Assembly: GCA_000004985.1 (NCBI GenBank)
Contig: GG738866.1
DNA from: Naegleria gruberi
Lineage: Eukaryota
Strand: one strand, 5' to 3'
Length of the DNA stretch: 64,000 nucleotides
The translations under genes were made by a program, and so were the position numbers. Below are positions 32,275 to 43,142 of the stretch, in pieces. How positions within the stretch are numbered: position 1 is the first letter of the stretch; each line of letters starts with the position of its first letter. Below the pieces are notes generated by a model. That model ran no database searches. It was given only the letters and a program-made list of their open reading frames with translations, and was not told where the DNA came from.

Positions 32275-34080
32275 TTACATGATAAGACACCATTTAGATA
32301 AGAATGAAGGTTCCTCATCTTGAGTTGTTTGAATAACTGCAGTGGACTGTCTAGCACGTGGCTTTCTTGCTGCCGAGGATGATCCTGCTGTTTTGGTTGT
32401 TGATCTTGATTTAGGTGTTGATTTAGTGTTTTGGGTTTGCTTAGGGGTAATTTGAGGTTTTGGTTCTTCTTCAATACTCTCAGAAATTGTTGGAGCATTT
32501 TCATTCTCGTTTTGAACAGGTGGTTGTTGAGAGGTTGTTGATTCAATGTTGGCCTTTTCTTGTTGCTTGGCTTCTGAAATGTCAATAAATGGTAATTTCT
32601 TGGAAACCTTAGTTGGTGTTTCTGCTTGCTTTTCCTCTGAGGCTGAAGTAGTAGTGAGAGCTTCATCATACTTTCTCTTCAAGACTGGAACTGGAGGAGG
32701 TGGATTCTTTCTTTCTTCCTTCTTTTGATGTTTGAAGGCGCTTTCATCCTCATCATCTGAGAATGTCATGACTTCAGTCTTATCATCCGAGTTAAACATT
32801 GCATCGTAAGCCTTAGTATGATTCAAGATCATGTGTTGAGTACTGGTTTCATCCAATCTAGCACTGTGAAAATTATGACAGTAAATGAGCCCAAAATCCT
32901 TAATCCTAGCAATTTCACTTTGAGATAACTTTTCAGTTGTGTTTGAAGTGTTATTATTTTTCTTTTCATCTTTCTTAGTATCATGTTCTTCTTCATCGCT
33001 TTCCATTCCTTCCAAATCTTTGAGGCTTCTTAAAGCAAACTTTTCACCACCTTGAGTTTTTGGTTCTTGTTTCTTTGGGGTGAATAAGGTTGTTCCCTCT
33101 TCTTCACTGCTACTACTTTCGCTATCACTGTTAGAACTGTCATCATCACTATCGCTATTACTACCCTTTTGTTGGTTCTTTCGTTTGTCTCTTTCGAATT
33201 TTCTGATTTTAGCAATCAAGTTCTTCTTCTTGCCCCAAGGTGAAAGACCTCTTCTTTGGAGGTAAGGTTTCAATTCGACAACTTTCAATTCTCTTGGGTC
33301 AGGAATTGCGAAAAAGTCATCAATATCTTCAATATCAGTCTTTTTTGGTGTGGACAATTTTGAATCTGATTTTTGTTTGGTAGGTGTTGATGGTGGTTGA
33401 GCAGGTTCTTCTTTCTTAGAAGCTGGCTCACTGGAGGAAGTAATGATTTCTTGTGGAATGTTGAAAGCAGTTCTCATTGTCGAAATATCAGGATAAGTTA
33501 AAACATAGAATGGTTTTGTCACAGTTCCAAAGATATCTGTAATCTTTCCTATTGGTTTTCCTTCCTTTGTAAATAACAAGGCACCAACTTGAAGTTTAAG
33601 TTGTTTTCTAATCAAATCAGGATCCAATGAATTATTTTCCCTTAAATTTACATTGTTTTGTGAAACCAAGTCATTAACCTTGGAATTCTTATCAACAATA
33701 ACTTCAATAGTAACCTTCTTTTCAACTACATTAAATACTTTTCCGATTTGCATTAATTCATCAACATTCTCAACAGCAAATTCATTAATATTATCGGGAT
33801 AGCTGTGAGAACAAGCAGAAAGTTGTGGTTGAGGTGGAAGAATGCTCTCTTCATGTTGTTCATTCATCTGGTAATTAAAATCCATATTATCATTGGTATC
33901 AACATTCCCAAAAGCACTTATTGTTGAGGTTGTTGGTACATCAAAAGGATTCCTTATTATTGTCATTGTTGGTGAATTATTATTGGAAATAAATAGTGAA
34001 TCTCCCACTTCTTCCTCATCATCTACAAAACGAGTTGGGGATCGTGGGTAGTACATTTCTTCATTATTATTAGTCTCCAT
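32275..34080 (-). CDS. naf1: NAF1-like H/ACA snoRNP assembly factor (Gar1-type domain) with an added SAP motif and a C2H2-like finger, 601 aa.
   Basis: The Gar1/NAF1 core is IGKVFNVVEKKVTIEVIV...LQVGALLFTKEGKPIGKITDIFGTVTKPFYVLTYPD (compare NAF1 GKIFEIFGPVAHPFYVLRFN). SAP-like segment: LKVVELKPYLQRRGLSPWGKKKNLIAKIRKFE. C-x2-H-x5..H segment: IYCHNFHSARLDETSTQHMILNHTKAY. Long acidic/Ser-rich tails. Confidence 0.65.
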   Translation of the reverse strand: METNNNEEMYYPRSPTRFVDDEEEVGDSLFISNNNSPTMTIIRNPFDVPTTSTISAFGNVDTNDNMDFNYQMNEQHEESILPPQPQLSACSHSYPDNINEFAVENVDELMQIGKVFNVVEKKVTIEVIVDKNSKVNDLVSQNNVNLRENNSLDPDLIRKQLKLQVGALLFTKEGKPIGKITDIFGTVTKPFYVLTYPDISTMRTAFNIPQEIITSSSEPASKKEEPAQPPSTPTKQKSDSKLSTPKKTDIEDIDDFFAIPDPRELKVVELKPYLQRRGLSPWGKKKNLIAKIRKFERDKRKNQQKGSNSDSDDDSSNSDSESSSSEEEGTTLFTPKKQEPKTQGGEKFALRSLKDLEGMESDEEEHDTKKDEKKNNNTSNTTEKLSQSEIARIKDFGLIYCHNFHSARLDETSTQHMILNHTKAYDAMFNSDDKTEVMTFSDDEDESAFKHQKKEERKNPPPPVPVLKRKYDEALTTTSASEEKQAETPTKVSKKLPFIDISEAKQQEKANIESTTSQQPPVQNENENAPTISESIEEEPKPQITPKQTQNTKSTPKSRSTTKTAGSSSAARKPRARQSTAVIQTTQDEEPSFLSKWCLIM

Positions 34081-34304
34081 CCTGAATATTAAATATCTTC
34101 GTGATGACTTGTTGTTGGTCCGAGCAGTTTTGGATATAAAAAAATCAACTCCTCTTTATTAATGTTGAAATATTTTTTAACGGTTTTTAATAAATTCAAA
34201 AAGAACATGGAGGCCTGAAAACTTGTTCTAAGAACTGGTAGAACCTTTCATTGAGGATGTTTTCTAATAAATAACATTAGTATTGATTGAATTGGTCTAG
34301 AGCT

Positions 34305-37300
34305 TTATTCATCTTCATGGATTGGAGAGGAGGCTGAAAGTGGACTGGAAGGTGTGTTTGGTAGAGAGCTTGTCAATAAAATGTTATTATCGGATGTATT
34401 GTGTGCAGGAGTGACAAGAGTTGTGTTGATAGATTTTGGAATGATTGTTGGCTGGAACATTTCATCAATGAGGGACAACACTTGCCAATAGTCAGTCTTA
34501 ATGGAAAGATGAGCATTTTCCTCTTTTTGAGTCAACTTGATAAGGAGGTGATATTTAGGAGGGAGAAAGATGAAAATATAATCATTCTGATTCACTGCAA
34601 ATAATTTGTAACTATCCATAACCTCACTCACCTGTGTATTTCTCAATACTTTGACACTTGATACAATTTTAGCATCCTTACAATTCCAAATGGCCTCAAA
34701 GAGTGTCTCTTTAGTGAGATTATCTGGGAGGTCCTTGTCAAAGATTGGTAGGAATAAGTCTTTAAATTCAATGGAAATGTCATTCAATACAGTTTGACAG
34801 TAGGCAGTAGATGGCTCAATAGTAGTCGATTGTGTTGATGATTTAATGCCAGTGAAGGTGGCAGTGACATTAATGAGGCCAGGAAGAGGTTTCAATGGGA
34901 AAAATTTGATGGTGAATAAGTGATCGGATGGGAGAAGGATATCCTCTTCTTGTGAGGTTTTAAGATCGAGTGATGGAAGTTTAATGTATGGAACATTAAT
35001 AAAATTATCAATTCCAACAAATCGATGAGCATCTTCACCTCCAAATGACAACTCAATGCCAACCAATTTGTCCATATCCAAACTGAGAGAGGAAACATTC
35101 ATTGGTGATAACTTGTACTGTAATTGAATTTGATACTTGAAACTCTTCAAATATTTTTCAAAATAAAAGTGGAGAATATGGGAAGAATCGTCCTTTCTCA
35201 AAGATCCCAGATGTGCAGCAGACCCAACCCTGAATGAGTTGGTTTGTTGCTCCAGTGAAAGCTCATGACAAATATTCTTCACAAATGAAACACTGAGAAT
35301 ATTTGGTACTGGAATTGGTTCAGTAATTTCAAAGACATTGCCTGATCCAAGAATTCCATCCTTCTTAATATCCAAATCTGTTTCAAAACCAAAAATACCC
35401 AAAAGTTTCCTCTTATTTGTTACCTGGTTGATTATGTTAAAGTAAAAGCTACTCCTTTGTTTGATTTCCAAACTATTATAATCCTGAATGAGTAGAGTTA
35501 AAATATTATTACTGATTTCCTGTTGTTCTTGCTCAAGGTGGACCTCATCATTTTTGAAACAGGATGGTTCATTACATGCACGATAGACAACCATTCTAAT
35601 GATGGAAAGAACAGAATCTCCATGATGCCAATCACCAAAATTGGCAATGAGCTTGCTCCTCACAAATTTATGAAGACAAGATAACATTTTCTAATAATTT
35701 GCTGAATTAATAATGAAGAAAGAGTATGAAACATACAGTTACTTGATCCTTTCTCAAGTTGTTAATCAGCGCCTCAAAGAGCGAGAAATAATAGCCAAGG
35801 TTTTCATTTGGTAGATTGACTATGTGATCGAATAGTCCATTCACTAATTCATTATTTGAGTCTGTAAAACTTAGTGAATTGATTAATGAAATTGTATAAT
35901 TCAAAATTGGAGAAATTAAAAGATTCAAACTACTTTCTCTTTCCAACATGTCAACCAAAAAGCTAAATATTATATGTTAAATATTTCTAGGCAATTAGAA
36001 CTTACTCCAGGGTTGGTTTGTATTGAGTGGAATTATTTTGATAGGAGAAATAGATGAAATTGAATATAATATCTAAACGAATGTATAATTGTCTTTCAAT
36101 TCTAGAAACATTTGGAGCACTTTCTTCTTGAATTTGTGGCTGCTTGAATGATTTGCTATAGTATTTGGAGAGGGCCTTCATGTAATATCTGTAATCGGCT
36201 ACACAGTCCAGTAAATGTAACATGTTCCTTTTTAGAGAATATGGGTCAATAAATTCATACTTGTTTCAAAACTTACTCCATATCGTTAGTTTTCCTGGTT
36301 GAAATAATTTTGCACTTTTCCTTCTTAATTGGTAGTTCATCAAAATATTTAATTCCAATCTTTTCTGGATTGTTTTGGAAATAAAGTAATTGCTCTCTCA
36401 CATACAAAGGCTGACTATAATCATCCACACTCAATACGTAGTCATCTCTAATATGTTGCTTATTTGAAATGGTATTATGGCAAAATATATGAACCAAATA
36501 CGAGTTGATACTATGTTTGAATTTCCTAAAAACTCGTTTCCAAACATGATCTGGATATTCAGTATCCTTGATAATTTGTGAAATTATTTCAAAAATTGCA
36601 GCTCTTCCCCAAATTGTAAAGATCTGAATATTTTCAATAAGAAAAGTCAAACTATTGACAACTTCTCTCTTTGTCTTGTTTGTTTCCAAATAAATTAAAT
36701 TTGCTAATAAGGTAGAAAATGATTGAAGGGCATGTGAATTCTCAGTCTGACAACACTTCAACACTGTTGGAATAAAATCTGTAATTCTAACATGATAAAA
36801 GTAGAGTATTTCTTGAAGAGAATCTGCTGCCATCTGTCTTTGAAGTCTAAACTGTGAATTATTTACTGTTTTTGAAATATATTGCATCAGAGAAGAAATG
36901 TGATTGGCAATCATTGTTGGATTCACTTGATGTAAATTGTGTGTAATGTACATGGTTGTTATTGTCACTAAAAGTTGAGCATAGGTAATATCATCCACCT
37001 TTCCACTGTTAATTATATTCTGTAAATCTGTTAAATATTCATAAAGCCTTCAGATAATTTAAATTATTTAAATAATAACAAAATAATAAATTTAAATAAT
37101 GAATTATTTAAAATCATATTCCATAAATCAATCCTGAAATTATAAACCTACTTGGGAATATTATTTCTAAACAAGACACTCGAATATTCTTGTAAAAACA
37201 CACAAACATAAATCTTTCGAGCAATTAATTGTTGAGCATCAGTGTACTTTTCCGAATCAATTTTTCCTTCCGAATTTCTACATTGATAATCAACACTTGG

Positions 37301-37513
37301 TATAGGCTGTGAGGAGTGATGACTACTAGATCGAGGGGAAATGGTATTCGCTGCCGATGGTGATGACAATGGTGATATATCCAATACTAAAATATCTAAA
37401 ATATATTCCAAAACTAATTTCGATACTTCCACCTCTAGATTACTCCTTGTTGGGCTCTGTTTGAAGGATGATCGTTTTAAATAGTCGACAAGCCTTTCCG
37501 ATGTGAAGGACAT
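34305..37513 (-). CDS. Large hypothetical alpha-helical (solenoid-like) protein, five exons, about 988 aa.
   Basis: complement(join(34305..35690,35737..35962,36006..36227,36277..37047,37152..37513)). The four introns are 46, 43, 49 and 104 nt. Their donors are GTATGT, GTAAGT, GTAAGT and GTAGGT, and their acceptors TTATTAG, ATTTAG, AAAAAG and CTGAAG. Each junction joins the five ORF-track ORFs in frame; the total of 2967 nt is divisible by 3. No catalytic motif. The first exon overlaps the 3' end of the upstream LRR ORF (see findings). Confidence 0.55.
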
Positions 37514-40301
37514 TTTTTAAGAATATGAATAAAGATTTTTGTAGGAAGGAGGCCACAGACGATACTTTTTTCAAAGCAGACATTCTCCTTGTTAGCTCTT
37601 TGGGTTTCTTGGTTTTTAATAAATCTGTGGCTGAGCTAGCAGTGTCTGAGTATTCCAATTGATCGTGTGAAACATTTAAAGAACTCATTTCTTGAAGGTG
37701 AAGGAATGACAAGACAAAATCTTGTTCTCTGCCACTGAGTATCTTAATTCCAAATGATTCTCCTCCTATTGTTAATGTAAAGATTGCATTTGATTGTGGG
37801 CTTGGTTCAAGTTTCGTTTCTGAAACTTCTGCTGATAGAATGGTTTTTGTTTTTTTGAAGAGTTTCCTTTGTCGTTTGATAATAATCTGAGAGGAACTAA
37901 ATTTAAGATAGAATGTATCATCCTTATCCTGGACAAAACTCACTGAGGATGGAATGAAAAGGAGTGAAATGAAAAACTTGGATCCTGTTTTGGAATCCAC
38001 ACTGGTCCTGCTTGTATATGAGCTCAAATCTCTCTGGCTCACCGAATCTGCATCCATTTCGTTCATCTTTGTACGTTCTGGAACTGCTTGTTCCTTCATA
38101 ATCCTGGCCTCTCTGTTTTGTTTCAAAGTTTTTAGAGCCTCCTGAATAGTGTCAACTTCTTCTTGCAATTCAAGGGATGATCTGGAAGGGGTTAGTTTCG
38201 GTTTTTGGATTGATTCGGTGGACAGGAAGTTCTGATGAACAGGAGGGGAGAGATTTAGAGAAGGACTGAGGATTGGTTCAATCTCAAAATTAGGGGTAAA
38301 AGCTCGAGGGGTGTGAGTATTGTGGGAAATGGAGAGAGTCAGCTCTTCATCGAACGAATCATTGGAGCTGGTGGTTAGAGTTTGATTCAATGATTTTCTT
38401 GGAGAGGATGTTGGCAAGTCAATTGAGGTTGAGATGAATGATTTACAAACTGGATATCCTAGTCGTTTTCTAACAGCATTTACATCAGAGATATACCTAT
38501 TCAGGTCTTGAACTCGTACGGGGTTGATTCTATTTCTTGTTATTGATAAATTACAAAGGGTTGGGTGATTTTTGATACAATCTATTATCCTAGAAACTGA
38601 ATTTTCAGTCAGTAAATTATTTGCCAAATTTAACAATGTGAGCCCACAGTTAACTAGAATTGCATTTGCTAGATGGAAACCTCCAGCGTCTCTTATTTCG
38701 TTTCCACTCAGATCTAAACATCTTAAATTCTTTGCAATTGATAAATATTTGGAAATTACAACAACTCCCTTATCTCCCAAAAAATTACATCCCAGATTGA
38801 GCGAAATAAGATTAGTTGATGAGGTTGCCAACCTAGCTAAACTTTCCACTTGAATACTATTTTTCCAGAAGTCCACATGTCTCAGTTTTCCACTGTCTTT
38901 TACCAAGTCTTTAATCACATTAATATTAGTAATGCAATTTCCAAAACATTTTAGACTTGACAAATTTGGTAAGTAATCTTTGGCAAAGAGAGCTAGGCAC
39001 AGCAATCCTTCATCCGACACTTGAGCTCCAGAAATATCAATTTCAGTGAGTTGAGAAATATAATCTATTTTTTCAGAAACCTCCTTATATGACTGAACAA
39101 TATTCCACACTCCTTCATCTGTTAAAGGATTATTTCTTAGATTGAGCACTTTTAGTGTATCTCTCGACATGAATAAGTACTCTCCTAGATACGAGCATGC
39201 TTCTGAACTCATTTTGTTTCCTTCAATATCCAATACTTGTAAATGTACATCATTCTCAATGAGAGATTCAAAGAATGTCAGGAAATGTTGATCATCATCG
39301 AGACTACATTTTTTAAGAACAATTTCCTTGAGAGAGCTGTTGTTTGCTCCTATTTGTGAACATAGACTGCTCCACTCATACGAGTCGTCATTGTTCTGAT
39401 CGAATAGAGTGTTGATTTTTTGTATTTTTGTCACGGATTTTGTCAATTCTCCAATGCTTAGTTCAACTAGATTTCGTTTTGGAGTTTTTGATCTTATTGG
39501 TGAATGAATTCCTGAGAGAATATGGGAAGTCCTAGGTGATATTATTGGAGAGGAAATGAATGGGTTTAGTGGAAAGGAGATTGGACTTGGTAATCCAAAA
39601 GACATTGGCGAATCTGGTGGAAGAGGAGGTGGAGATTCTGTCCTATGATCTATTTCAATTCTTTCCAATGGCTGAGAATAGATTGAGTCTGGGATGGAAA
39701 TGGGTGGAATGATTAATTGTTTAGGAGGTGATAGTGAAAGAGGAGGAGAAGGAGGAGAGCTATTGGATGATAGTTCTATATTTGAAAGAGCAGGATCTTC
39801 ATTATTTGGAGTTTTGATTTTCAATTCTTCCTTGTTTGTTTCTGGTGAGAGTTGACTAGATTTGGGTGAAGTTGTTATTGTCTTACTCTTCCCCAATAAT
39901 TTAGCGAGAGAAACCTTCTTTTCAGATGAAGAAGTTTTAGATTTAGGATTTTTGCTTGTTGGGGGAGTAATAGGGATATTTGTAGTGGGTGGTGAAGAAT
40001 TGTCATTAAGTTGTTTCATCAGATCCGATAAATCCTTTAAACCACTTTCCTTAAAATCAATATGGAGTGGTGCATCCTTCATTCCTTCCCGTTGTTCCAA
40101 ATTACTACTAGTCCTAATCATGTTTAAATTAATATTATTGTTATTTTCAATATTATCATTCCTTAATAAATTTTCAGTTCCTATCTTTGGCTCACTGTTT
40201 ATATGCAAGATCGGTCCTATGTGATTGATTTTCTTTGTGGGCGTTTTTGTTGAAGGTGATGTCTTCCTCACCGACAAAGGAAGTTGGTTTGTTTTCTTCA
40301 T
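37440..40301 (-). CDS. RNI-type leucine-rich-repeat protein, 953 aa.
   Basis: Single 2.9-kb ORF. The N-terminus is a Pro/Ser-rich low-complexity region. It contains more than 10 ribonuclease-inhibitor-like LRRs (..LNLRNNPLTDEGVWNIV.., ..LDLSGNEIRDAGGFHLANAIL.., ..LNLGCNFLGDKGVVVISKYL..). The C-terminal ~120 aa may form a PH-like module. Confidence 0.7.
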   Translation of the reverse strand: MKKTNQLPLSVRKTSPSTKTPTKKINHIGPILHINSEPKIGTENLLRNDNIENNNNINLNMIRTSSNLEQREGMKDAPLHIDFKESGLKDLSDLMKQLNDNSSPPTTNIPITPPTSKNPKSKTSSSEKKVSLAKLLGKSKTITTSPKSSQLSPETNKEELKIKTPNNEDPALSNIELSSNSSPPSPPLSLSPPKQLIIPPISIPDSIYSQPLERIEIDHRTESPPPLPPDSPMSFGLPSPISFPLNPFISSPIISPRTSHILSGIHSPIRSKTPKRNLVELSIGELTKSVTKIQKINTLFDQNNDDSYEWSSLCSQIGANNSSLKEIVLKKCSLDDDQHFLTFFESLIENDVHLQVLDIEGNKMSSEACSYLGEYLFMSRDTLKVLNLRNNPLTDEGVWNIVQSYKEVSEKIDYISQLTEIDISGAQVSDEGLLCLALFAKDYLPNLSSLKCFGNCITNINVIKDLVKDSGKLRHVDFWKNSIQVESLARLATSSTNLISLNLGCNFLGDKGVVVISKYLSIAKNLRCLDLSGNEIRDAGGFHLANAILVNCGLTLLNLANNLLTENSVSRIIDCIKNHPTLCNLSITRNRINPVRVQDLNRYISDVNAVRKRLGYPVCKSFISTSIDLPTSSPRKSLNQTLTTSSNDSFDEELTLSISHNTHTPRAFTPNFEIEPILSPSLNLSPPVHQNFLSTESIQKPKLTPSRSSLELQEEVDTIQEALKTLKQNREARIMKEQAVPERTKMNEMDADSVSQRDLSSYTSRTSVDSKTGSKFFISLLFIPSSVSFVQDKDDTFYLKFSSSQIIIKRQRKLFKKTKTILSAEVSETKLEPSPQSNAIFTLTIGGESFGIKILSGREQDFVLSFLHLQEMSSLNVSHDQLEYSDTASSATDLLKTKKPKELTRRMSALKKVSSVASFLQKSLFIFLKNVLHIGKACRLFKTIILQTEPNKE

Positions 40302-40859
40302 ATTTTTTTTAAAGACAGAAAATATAGGGCCTTAATATAACGGCTATTTTACTTTTTTACTTTGATGATTCTTGTATGATTTCATTATTTATTAATGTAA
40401 TAATAACCAATTTAAAGAAGAAAATTGACCATCACTGATTTTTCTCTTAACACCTTTAAACATTCCGAATACATTCTGCCTATCAGTCTTTAATATTATT
40501 CTTTGAAAAAACATGGATAATATCAATCATGAAAATGCTGAACAATTTAAATGTTTGGTTAATTATCCAAACTCATTCCACTTAAATTGAGTGAATGTTC
40601 TCCAAGAACGATCCGATAGGAGTTGGAAGGAGAAATGAAAACTTAAAAAAAAATCTGCCAGCATCACTAACAGCCTCTCTGCCGATTTATTAACGCACAG
40701 GTGAGTAAAACATATTAAATAATCAGTAAATTCCATAACAATGTCTTTTTCTATGAAATTGATGCTCATCACCTTATATTTAAAAACTAACTTGGGTTCT
40801 TCATATCATTAAAACATCATCACAATATTAGAATACATTTATATAGTGGCGGAATTTTG

Positions 40860-43039
40860 ATGAATAACAACAATACAAAAAGAATGGGGAATTTTGATCG
40901 GTCGAGGATTATACTGACTACACTTGTTGTAGTGTTATTGTCATTTGTTGTGAGTGCGGATGGAGTGTTGTGGAGTCCTTGTTCTTTACATAGTGAATTT
41001 TACATGCCTGAAGGAGTTAAATTCTTCCCAAGAGCTAATTTAACAACAGGAAAATTAGAATATACCTTGTCAATGATTGATGCTATCAATGAAATTAGTA
41101 TGTGTCTAGTTTACAGTTTGATTTTACCTGAGACTTTTATTACAATGTGTGTGAAAATATATGCAAATAATCGGAAACAATAATAGACTTGAAAAACAAT
41201 GATACTTTTAGAACTCAAGCAGAATGTGCCATGATTCCAGTTCCTTTGGATCATGACAATGTCAATAGTAAACCATTGAAATTATTTGTAAAGAGATTGA
41301 GAGCTGATCCAACTAAACAAGCTCCACGTGCTTTGTGGCTTCTCTCTGGAGGTCCTGGTATGGCTAGTAACATTTGGGAGATGCAAATGGATTTGCTTGT
41401 AAAAATGTTTGGAGGTCAATTCGATATTTACACAACAGATCACAGAGGTACAGGAAGAAGTAACAGAGTTACTTGCTCAACAACCCAAGCTGAAACCCTA
41501 GGAAGTGACGAAGGTATAACTATTAGTATGAAGGAATGGACCAAGAATGGATGTGCTCAATCTTTCAATGATGAATGGAATGGTCATGCTCAAAACTTTT
41601 CTTCCAAAGCAGCTGCCATTGATGTTGTTAAATTGATTCAATCTATCAATGTTCCTCAAAATCAAAAGACCTTTGTTTTGGGAGCTTCATATGGTACTGT
41701 TTGGACTTCAAGAATTATTCGTTATTTGCAATTGAATGGAAATGCCAATATTATTTCTGGTTATATTATGGATGGTATTGTTAACGTTATTGGAAAACCA
41801 GCCCCAATGGGTCTCGACTATACTACCAAATCAGGTAGATTGGTTTTGAATTTGTGGGATGAAAATTTCAATGGTGTTGGTAATGCCTTGATGGAAATTT
41901 GTGGAGGTAACAAGTCAAGAATTGCTACTAATCAATTTGTTGATGTCAATAGTGACAATACTCTCGACAAGAAACTCTATGATGAAGAAACTGAATGTGC
42001 CAAAAAGCTCGAAAAGAAGGCAAACGGTAATCCAGTTGAGTACATGAAGAATGTTATTGAAAGTGTCTATGTCAATCATACTTGTAGACCTATTGCTGAT
42101 GGTATTCCATTGTTGCAATTGAAGACTCTCTTCCAAGTATTTATTGAAAGTTCTTACCTCAGATTCTTCGTTCCTGCCTTTATTTACAGAATGGACAGAT
42201 GTGATGAAGATATGGATATTCCATTCTTGCTCCACATTAGAGATGTATTAGTTAAGCAGACTAGTGTTCAACCAACCTCTGTGCCACTCCAATCTCCAGT
42301 TTTGCAATCACATATTGTCTACTCTGAATTATGGGACAGTACGACTACTATGCAACAATTGTTGGATGAATACAATAGTTCAGCAATTACTTTTGGAGGT
42401 ATTGGTATTGGAATGAAGTCATTACTCGATGCTACTCAATGGCCAGTCTATGACCTCGATCCAGAATATTTCGAACAAACCTTTGAAACCACTGTCCCAA
42501 TTTTAATGTTGAATGGTAACTTGGATCCAAATACTCCACTCTGGTCTGCACTTTCTCAAAAGGCTGGTATTAAGAGCAATTCACACAATTTGGTAATTGT
42601 TCCATTCTCAGCTCATGGTACAATTGTTGGACCAACATTTAATAATTCTTACATTCCAGCTGGTTTGCAAGTTGTTGTCAATTTTGTCAGTATGGAAAAT
42701 CCTAATGCCCTCACTGTTGATACCAGTTGTTTGGATTTGATTAATTTCAATACTTCTGGTGTTCCATACTATAATGAAAGAGTATTTGGAATTTATAATA
42801 TTTATGAAGATACCTATGTTGCTGAATCAACTGATCCTCAAGTTAGTGTCTATCTTTTGGTGGGTATCTTTATTGCCGTTCTCTTCATTGCTTGTGTCGT
42901 TAGCAACTTGCTCATCTATTACATTATCAAACTCAAAGATGAACATCAATACAAGCAACAATATGGTACTATTATTGAGACCAATCCAATTAATGAAAAT
43001 TCCACACAAGAAGTTTCTCCTTATCAATCAACTGATTAA
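40860..43039 (+). CDS. Secreted or type-I membrane alpha/beta-hydrolase, TAP-like (peptidase S33-type), two exons, about 696 aa.
   Basis: join(40860..41097,41187..43039). Exon 1 carries a signal peptide (MGNFDRSRIILTTLVVVLLSFVVSADG) and ends at a GTATGT donor (phase 1). An 89-nt intron ends AATAG. Exon 2 carries LLSGGPG, DHRGTGRS and the nucleophile elbow GASYGT, with a C-terminal TM (VYLLVGIFIAVLFIACVVSNLLIYYII). Confidence 0.7.
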
Positions 43040-43142
43040 ATGGTTACAGTTTTGTAACATTATTATTTAATTCTCTTTTTTTTCGAATCAATCAAACAAC
43101 AAAACATCTAATGTCAATTTTGTGAATAATTTAAAATTCAAT

